Assembly (NCBI RefSeq): GCF_000019345.1
Contig: NC_010503.1
Span: 660,001-692,000 of the forward strand
Source of the DNA: Ureaplasma parvum serovar 3 str. ATCC 27815
GTDB lineage: Bacteria > Bacillota_I > Bacilli_A > Mycoplasmatales > Mycoplasmoidaceae
Direction of reading: 5' to 3'
Length of the DNA stretch: 32,000 nt
The notes beneath the pieces are model-generated. The model had not been told where the DNA came from. It worked only from the letters and a program-made list of their open reading frames with translations, and searched no databases. Both the position numbers and the translations under genes were made by a program. This document shows, one piece after another, positions 22,666 through 29,695 of this stretch (the first letter of the stretch is position 1; each line of letters opens with the position of its first letter).

Positions 22666-24410
22666 TTGCTATAGTTAACATTTACACTTTTAATTTCATT
22701 AAGGTTAAAAAGATATTTTCTAAAATTATTCTTAGCAGCTTTAAAACTAGTCAAATTATGAATATTAGCATCCTTATTTTCTAAAGCAATCATTGCTAAT
22801 TGCGAATATGATTGTTTTGATAAAATTTGGTTGTTTTCAGGGTTAGTAACAGGTAAAATAGTACGAGAATTGTTAGATGCTTTAATTGCTTCAACAAATT
22901 TGCGTGATTTGATGAAATCATCTATTTTTAATTCATTGATCTTTTTTTCACCTAAGAAAGCATATGGATAAACACCATTTAGACCACGATCATGTTCATA
23001 ATATTGTCAGTCTTCAAGTTTTTTATCTTCAACATACTCTTTTTTATTAACTTTAGCTTCGTTTTTTAATTCTTGTTTTAAATCGCGGCCCAAAATACTA
23101 AACGCATGAATTTTAGATAATGTACCTGTGTAGTATTCATTATAAACAGTTGTACGTTTTTTCTCTGTCTCAGTTAACCCTGTTTTTTGATTTTTAATTT
23201 TTAAAAAATTTTCTTGAAGAGTTTGTGTTGCTTTTTGATTAATATTAGCAGAACGCATTGTTGATGGTGCAAAATTAACTACCATATCTTTTAATGGAAT
23301 TTCATAAACTAAATTACGAATTTCTGGTTTGTGATCATCATGAATTTCAGCATAAGTTTTTTTATCAACACTTGATAAAGCAGCGTTAATTGAACTAAGT
23401 GCATTTAGTTGACTACCATTAGAACTAGCTTCCATAAATGATCCAGCTTTTTTGTTTGAAGAGTTATATCAAGCATATTGTAATTTAATATTTTTTAAAC
23501 GTACAAGAACATTTTTTAAACTTGGATTAACTAATAATTCATCATTTACTTTAACACCAAAATTAGGTTTATTAATACTTAAACCTGTAATTGCATCTAC
23601 ATATTCTCAATCAAAACTAAAATTATATAAAGCAAGTTTGTATGTATGTTTACCTGCACCTACACCTTGTACTAAAGCTAATAAAAATTCTTTAGCAACT
23701 TCGTTTTTTAACCCTTTAAAAAGTTCAAAATCTTTATTTGAATGGTTATTAAATGCATGTTCTGCTAATCATTTTATTAATTGATCTGTCATAGAGGTAA
23801 TATAAGTATACAATCCATCACTAATAACTAAAGAGTTGATTAATTCACTAACCTTATTTATTTTTGTTAATTCATCACTTGAATATAGTTTTTGGTTAAA
23901 AACAGTTTGTTTTTTTGTTTGGTCAAGAATTTCTAAATTATTAGCATATTTACTTGTTGAATCAAAATTTAACTTATTACCAATTAAACGAATCAATTCA
24001 TTTTGCAAAATACTCAAATCAATTGGTGTTAGTTTAGTTGAACTTGATAAACTTTTTGTTCAAACTTCTTTTTTGGGAACCAAATAACCAAATTGATCGA
24101 TTTCTTTATTGTTTTTATCAAAGCGTTTATTATCTTTAACACTCGTATAAGTTAAATCACCTGCCGCATAATAAACATCATCTAATAAATTTTGATTCTC
24201 AAAAATCATTTCATGTTTTTGATTCTTACCTTCAAAGGCTCGAATTTTAATTTTACCAATATTATTAGTTGTAGCATTAGCACTAACATAATGAACATTA
24301 ACTTGAGGATGAGCAGCTGCTGAACACGATGCAGCAACAATTGGCGTTAATCCAATAAAACTAATTCCTAATATTGAAAAAATTAGCTTTTTACTTTTGT
24401 TTTTTTTCAT
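22644..24410 (-). CDS. Lipoprotein of unknown function (588 aa)
   Basis: Fragments 24060..24410, 23769..24017 and 23007..23435 share one frame joined by TGA. The frame stops at TAA 22646-22644. The N-terminus [29 protein letters not shown] has a basic n-region, a hydrophobic core and a lipobox cysteine. I recognise no catalytic motif. Confidence 0.7.
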
Positions 24411-24412
24411 AT

Positions 24413-25873
24413 TTACTCCTTTGAAGTGGTTGCACGAATAAATTTACTATTTAATTTAGAAAAAATAATATCAGTTTCACCTGTTGACCCGTTTCGGTTC
24501 TTTTCAACAATAAATTTTGCTTCAATCAAATCATCGCGCATTCGGGTTTCTTGATTATCATTTTGCATAAAATTGCGTTGTTTTCGATCCCAATGTAAAA
24601 AAGCAACAACGTCAGCATCTTGTTCAATTGATCCAGATTCTCGCAAATCAGACAATTTTGGGGAATTATCAATTGTTTTTACTAAAGGGTTATTTTTCAT
24701 ATTAACATTATTGCTTACATCACGTTCTTCTGCTTTACGTGAAAGTTGAGCGATAGCGATTACTGGTGCATTAATTTCTTTAGCAATGATTTTTAATGCA
24801 CTTGAAACACGACCTACCTCTTGTGTTCTTGTCATATTTTTATTTGCATTGCCTCCTGAAACCAATTGTAAATAATCTAAAACGACTAAAGCAATATCAT
24901 AACGTTTTTTTAAATCATATAATTTTGCTTCAATGTCTACAATTGAAATATTAGGACGATCATCGATAAAAATAGGTCAACTTTTAATATCATTGATTGC
25001 TTGCATAGCAAAAGACCTTGTGTCATATCCTTTAGTTATACGATATTTATTTTCTATAACTTCACGATTAGAAATTCCTGTTTTAATTGAGATAAACTTT
25101 TGTAAAATTTGTTCTTTAGTAATTTCAAGCGAAAACATTACAATGATCTTTTCTTTTTGATTTGGTTGAATATTTTCGTTATATTCAATAATTTCATTAA
25201 CATTGTTAACCATAACATTTAAACAAAATGTAGTTTTTCCAATTCCAGGACGAGCGGCAATAACAACTAATTCTCCAGGTTTATAACCATTAGTGAATTT
25301 ATCAATATTATCGTATTTAGTTTTAATAACTCCAGGAATAATCCCGCTATTGCCTATTTTATTTAATTTCTCAAAATATCGATTAGCAATTAATTCCATA
25401 TTTTCAATAGTATCTTCGGTTCGTGATGCAAGAATTTCTAAAAATTTTTCATGCATTTCTTTAAATTGATCTTTAGCGTTAATTAATGAAATTTGGGTTG
25501 CTAAAATCTCATTTGCAAAAACATCAAGTTTATTTTTAATTGAAGCATTCTTAATAATTTCAATACAATCTTTTAAATCTACTAAATAATCAGTACGATC
25601 TAAAATTTGAAGTAAATAATTCTTATGTAATAAATAATTTTGATCTTGTTCATCAATAATCACATAATTAGCTAATGCATTTAAAATATTTGATTCATTG
25701 ATTTTATACTTTTGTTCGTTTAAATTAGCAATTGTATTAAAAATATTTTGCTGAATCTTTTCTGGAAAATCTTTAACTTCTAAACGTAAAACAACATCTT
25801 TTCAAAAGTCATTATTATTAATAATTAAACAAAACAAATCTAATATCGCATCATTTAAGTCTTTTGTTGGCAT
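24413..25873 (-). CDS. dnaB: Replicative DNA helicase (486 aa)
   Basis: Fragments 24977..25663 and 24413..24865 and the N-terminus from ATG 25873 are one frame. It has Walker A ARPGIGKTTF, SLE, and the LSDLRESGSIEQDADV motif typical of DnaB. Confidence 0.9.
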
Positions 25874-25878
25874 AATTA

Positions 25879-26316
25879 TTATTCTTTGCTAACAATAACA
25901 TGAAGTTTAGCAGTAACCTTTTTATGCAATAAAATTTCAACAATATGTTCACCAATACCTAATGCATGTGGTTTTGTTATCATATGCTTTGTTATAAATT
26001 TTTGTTCTTTATTAATTTCATCAATAATTTGTTTATTACTAATTGATCCAAAAGTTTGTAAATTATTTGTTTTTAAAAAAAATTGTAGAGGCTTTTGCTC
26101 TAGTTTATCTTTTAGTAAAGTTGCGTCTAAGATTGCTTGTTGTTCTTGAGCTTCTAAAATTGCAAGATCTTTATTTAAAACTTCTTGTGATTTATTTGTT
26201 AATGCAACTGCTTTTTTTTGTCGAATTAAAAAATTTTTTGCATAACCATCACTAACATCAATAATTTCATTTTTTTTACCAAGACTTGCAATATCTTCTA
26301 ATAAAATAACTTTCAT
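25879..26316 (-). CDS. rplI: 50S ribosomal protein L9
   Basis: An uninterrupted 145-aa ORF. The sequence MKVILLEDIASLGKKNEIIDVSDGYAKNFLI is the canonical L9 N-domain. Confidence 0.9.
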   Translation of the reverse strand: MKVILLEDIASLGKKNEIIDVSDGYAKNFLIRQKKAVALTNKSQEVLNKDLAILEAQEQQAILDATLLKDKLEQKPLQFFLKTNNLQTFGSISNKQIIDEINKEQKFITKHMITKPHALGIGEHIVEILLHKKVTAKLHVIVSKE

Positions 26317-26336
26317 AACTTTACTCCTTATTATTT

Positions 26337-26390
26337 AAATAAAACGAACATATCATTAATTATTTATAAAATGACACATTCGTTTTATTT
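26337..26390 (-). repeat. 12-bp perfect inverted repeat (long-loop hairpin) between rpsR and rplI
   Basis: AAATAAAACGAA (26337-26348) pairs with TTCGTTTTATTT (26379-26390) across a 30-nt AT-rich loop. It lies in the 83-nt rpsR-rplI spacer. Confidence 0.4.
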
Positions 26391-26399
26391 TGATTTTAA

Positions 26400-26639
26400 T
26401 TATTCTTTAACGTATGGAAGTAATCCTACGAAACGTGCACGTTTAATTGCATTTGCAATTCTTCTTTGCATACGAGCACTTGCTCCTGTTACACGTCGTG
26501 ATGCAATTTTGTTATTATTGTTAATAAAACGTTGTAGTAATTCTACATCTTTGTAATCGACATGTTCGATTCCTTTAGCAGATAAAATACAAACTTTTTT
26601 ACGTGGTTTACGATTACGGTTATTAGTTACTTTGGCCAT
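26400..26639 (-). CDS. rpsR: 30S ribosomal protein S18
   Basis: A 79-aa ORF with typical S18 sequence (...[13 protein letters not shown]...GKI..RRVTG..A..QR.IA.AIKRAR...LLPY). A TAGGAG RBS overlaps the ssb stop. Confidence 0.95.
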   Translation of the reverse strand: MAKVTNNRNRKPRKKVCILSAKGIEHVDYKDVELLQRFINNNNKIASRRVTGASARMQRRIANAIKRARFVGLLPYVKE

Positions 26640-26647
26640 AAAATCTC

Positions 26648-27148
26648 CTATTCTAAATCATCATCAAGATTAATTCAACTTGTAATTTCATCTTCTTCAT
26701 CATTATTTTTATTTAAATTTGATGTTGTCGATGAAAGGGTAGTTTGAGGTTTGTTTGAACTAAATGCTGCATCAGTATTAATACCTGTATATGATTCCAT
26801 CATTGTATCAACATTTACCTTATTGTTATCACTAGGACTTTGGTTTCGACGTGATAATGATTGAACTTGATCAGCGTAAACTTCAGTTACATAATTTGTT
26901 TTACCATTATTGTCGACATAACTTCGAGAAACTATACGTCCTTCAATTGCAATGGCATCACCCTTTTTTAAATATGTTGTTAAGAAATTAGCCTGATTAT
27001 TTCAAGCAACACAACGTATAAAATTTGCATTAGCATTAGGTGTATTGTCATTTACAGCGATTGTAAAGTTAGTAACTAAACGCCCACTTGGTATTTGACG
27101 AGCTTCTGGATCACGTACTAAATTACCAATCAATATTACTTTATTCAT
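26648..27148 (-). CDS. ssb: Single-stranded DNA-binding protein (166 aa)
   Basis: This gene is not in the ORF track as one piece. From ATG 27148-27146 it reads [33 protein letters not shown]..., an OB-fold SSB N-domain. A low-complexity linker and an acidic tail (...[17 protein letters not shown]) follow. It stops at TAG 26650-26648 and contains one TGA Trp. Confidence 0.9.
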
Positions 27149-27192
27149 TTTACGCCTCAATATCTTTAAAGTTAAATTAAAATACGTTATTT

Positions 27193-27675
27193 TTAACGTT
27201 TTGAATTTGTGTTTTTAACAAATTCTTTAACTGGCAAACCAGCTGCTTCTCGTTCGGCTTTCATTGCTTCATAAGCTGCTTGACGTTCTACTGCACGACG
27301 TTCTGCTTCTTCTTTTTGACGTGCATAAACTTCAGCACGTTTTTCATTACGTTGTACTTTTTTAGTATTAACAGTTGCTTTATAACCGTAATCTTTTTCT
27401 AAATTAATAATAATATGTCTCAATACATTTTTATTAATAATTGCTAAACGTCTAAATTCATTAATTAGGCTAACATCAGTAGTTTCAAAATTATAAACAT
27501 AACGATAAGCTGTTTTTAACTTATTAATCTCATAAGCTAATTGTTGCACGCCATCATAATTATTTTCTTTTACTTCTGTATTCTTTAAAGTTGCTTTTAA
27601 TTCATTTGCAACTTTATTAGCTTGTTCTTGATCTAAATCACCACGAACAACTAACATAATTTCGTATTTCGCCAT
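27193..27675 (-). CDS. rpsF: 30S ribosomal protein S6 with a charged C-terminal extension (160 aa)
   Basis: [14 protein letters not shown]...YRYVYNFE... is an S6 core. It is the first gene of the conserved rpsF-ssb-rpsR arrangement and has an AGAGGAG RBS. Confidence 0.9.
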
Positions 27676-27843
27676 TTATTTTACTCCTCTTATGGATATT
27701 AATAGCTAATTTTGTTGTTTTAAAATTAGCAAGAGTGTTTAGTTCAATAATTATTGTTGAATAAACGTTAAAATTATAGCAAATTTAGCAGTATAATAAA
27801 GTTAAATTATTAAGTATGGCATAGGATTTTTAGATTTTAAATT

Positions 27844-28353
27844 ATGGTTTTGATAGAAAAAATCAATGAACAAGATATTAATACCGTCGTAGCATATGTT
27901 GTTGCTTTCCGTAAAAAACTTTATCCCAAAGTTGATCATAATAACTTACCTAAGGAACTAGTTAATTTTAAACAAACTTACATTATTAATCCTTTAGGAA
28001 TATGGTTTAGTGTTTTTTTAGAAGATACACATGAATTAGTTGGAACAATTTCATGTCATGAATACGATTATAGATATAATAATCTATTCTATCTAGATAG
28101 AAGTACTAAAACAAGTGAGGTTGGTAAATTATATATTGATCCTTTGATTCGACGTCAAGGAATTGCAACTCGTTTGTTTAACGCATTAAAAGACCAAGCT
28201 AAAAAACAAGGAATTAAATGTTTTTATTTACACACACACCATCACTTGCCAGGCGCTAGAGAATTTTGGTTAAAAATGGGATTTAAAATTCAAAAAGAAA
28301 TGACTTTAGAAGATGATGGTCAAGACATTATTCATATGACTTTAGAATTATAA
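27844..28353 (+). CDS. GNAT-family N-acetyltransferase (169 aa)
   Basis: An uninterrupted ORF. The acetyl-CoA-binding motif A context is LYIDPLIRRQGIATRLFNALKDQAKKQG (R/Q-x-x-G-x-A), and motif B is like REFWLKMGF. Confidence 0.75.
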   Translation: MVLIEKINEQDINTVVAYVVAFRKKLYPKVDHNNLPKELVNFKQTYIINPLGIWFSVFLEDTHELVGTISCHEYDYRYNNLFYLDRSTKTSEVGKLYIDPLIRRQGIATRLFNALKDQAKKQGIKCFYLHTHHHLPGAREFWLKMGFKIQKEMTLEDDGQDIIHMTLEL

Positions 28354-28360
28354 TAATATA

Positions 28361-28392
28361 AAAAAATCATGGAATTATTAACCATGATTTTT
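28361..28392. terminator. Bidirectional terminator shared by the GNAT gene (+) and ssrA (-)
   Basis: A perfect 9-bp stem pairs AAATCATGG (28364-28372) with CCATGATTT (28382-28390). It is flanked by A6 on the left and a T-run on the right, so a U-tract follows the hairpin in either orientation. Confidence 0.7.
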
Positions 28393-28457
28393 GGTCACAA
28401 CTTATTGAATTGCACAACAAATTTTAATAATAATTAAATTTCTACTCGAAATTGTGA

Positions 28458-28870
28458 TGGTGGAGATGAGGGGAGTCGAACCCCTTTCCGCAACACATAA
28501 TTAATAATATCTACAGTTTAGTTTTATTAAAAATAGTGTAGTTAATAACTAATAAAACAAATTTAAAATTAACTAACTATTTGTTAAATCTATTTAAATT
28601 TAAACAACAAATAAGAATTTTAAATTTAAAACTATTGTAAAATAAGCCCAAAAACCAACCAATAGTAATTATGTTAATGAACGTTTCTACTAATAACTAA
28701 TTAGTACGCAAAAGCGTAGTTTGCATTAGTAGCTGAAGCCATAAACGCTGGGTTTAATTCTACTTCAGAAGATTTTTTATTTTCTGCATTTAAAATGCCT
28801 CGAAAGCGATAAGGGGCTAACCCCACTGCAATTAAAAATTAATGTGTCACGTCGAAACCGTGACATCCCC
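28458..28870 (-). ncRNA. ssrA: tmRNA (SsrA), 413 nt
   Basis: The minus-strand 5' end is GGGGATGTCACGGTTTCGACGTGAC... and the 3' end is ...GGGGTTCGACTCCCCTCATCTCCACCA, a tRNA-Ala-like acceptor and T-arm. The internal tag ORF starts at resume codon GCA (28787-28785) and ends at TAA (28703-28701). It encodes AENKKSSEVELNPAFMASATNANYAFAY. Confidence 0.9.
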
Positions 28871-28930
28871 AAATAAAATAGCACTATAAATAATTTATAG
28901 TTAATAATATTTTAAAGGATTAAAAAACAA

Positions 28931-28973
28931 AAAACAAGATTATTAATGTTTGTAAACATTTTTATCTTGTTTT
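28931..28973. terminator. Composite palindromic hairpin (possible bidirectional terminator or insulator upstream of ssrA)
   Basis: The outer arms are AAAACAAGAT (28931-28940) and ATCTTGTTTT (28964-28973). The inner arms are AATGTTT (28945-28951) and AAACATT (28955-28961). A- and T-runs flank both sides. Confidence 0.5.
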
Positions 28974-29148
28974 TTGTAGTTCATGGTTATATTATTTATG
29001 TTTATTCAATAGTATTTTTTAAAAAATTATCCACTTCATTTTTTGACACAAATATTCTAGTTTAGAATATCAAAATTATTTAGAAGTTTAACTTTATTTT
29101 GAAAAATAAAGTTAAAAATACTATAGTATTTATGTTTTATTTATTTAG

Positions 29149-29195
29149 AAAAACAGGGTTTTGTGCTAAAAGCGCAACTTCACCCTGTTTTTATT
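29149..29195. terminator. Strong two-tier hairpin terminator just downstream of the 162-aa membrane-protein gene
   Basis: AAACAGGGT (29151-29159) pairs with ACCCTGTTT (29182-29190), and an inner stem pairs TTGTGC (29161-29166) with GCGCAA (29172-29177). T-runs follow on both strands. Confidence 0.6.
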
Positions 29196-29198
29196 ATT

Positions 29199-29687
29199 TT
29201 AATAAGCCGAGATATATTCTTCTTGTAAAGTGTGACTTTTTTTTCGATTTCAATTAAATACTTTATCATACACAACTGTTAATAAAATTGATGAGACATA
29301 GTGTATGAAAGGAATTAATGAAATAATTAAAGCTTTTTTAACTTTCGTTTTATTTTCATTAAAATCATTTAAATACTTAATTAAAATGCGAATATTAACA
29401 ACTAAGCTAATTAAATATGTTAATGTTCATAAAACTAAAAATAGGCCAAAAAAACCAATTGATAAACGAATTTGTTCTTTTTGTGATAAATAAACTTCTA
29501 AATCTTTAGGATTTAACATGTTAATTAATTCTTTTTCATGATTTAGGGTATATGCATCAAATAAATTATGACGCACTAATTCATGACCAATTCAAGCTCC
29601 TACACAAACAAATAACGCAGCTGCAAATAAAAGTAAAACTCAATTTTGAATTGAAATAAACTTTAATCTTTTAAAAATTAAATCCAT
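29199..29687 (-). CDS. Small hypothetical membrane protein (162 aa)
   Basis: From ATG 29687-29685 it reads MDLIFKRLKFISIQNWVLLLFAAALFVCVGAWIGHELV.... The frame runs through TGA codons to TAA 29201-29199 (489 nt, in frame). At least three hydrophobic helices are visible. It begins 8 nt after the upstream gene's stop. I recognise no family. Confidence 0.5.
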
Positions 29688-29695
29688 AATCTTTT

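Noticed and set aside
23640-23670. GVGAGKHT in the lipoprotein as a Walker A / P-loop.
   Set aside because: The spacing is G-x3-GKH, not G-x4-GK[ST], and no Walker B is evident.
24384-24410. An A8 tract immediately after the lipoprotein ATG (ATGAAAAAAAACAAAAG) as a phase-variation switch.
   Set aside because: Lys-rich MKK(N)K signal-peptide starts are the norm in this AT-rich genome. Comparable A/T runs of 7-8 occur throughout housekeeping genes here. Without population sequence data, nothing points to length variation.
28941-28963. A dif-like (Xer recombination) site, suggested by GTAAACA and TAGAATAT motifs that recall the Bacillus dif arms.
   Set aside because: The resemblance covers only a few bases. 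There is no 11-6-11 architecture with the conserved TTATG arm, and the element is better explained as the loop of a terminator hairpin.
29149-29195. The GC-containing hairpin as a possible SRP (4.5S) RNA domain IV.
   Set aside because: It lacks the GNRA tetraloop and the conserved symmetric and asymmetric loop nucleotides on either strand. A terminator function fits better.
29132-29260. Small plus-strand ORF (about 43 codons, MFYLFRKTGFCAKSATSPCF...) that starts in the intergenic region.
   Set aside because: It has no RBS, it runs through the terminator hairpin and into the antisense of the 162-aa gene, and its composition is what an AT-rich frame gives by chance.
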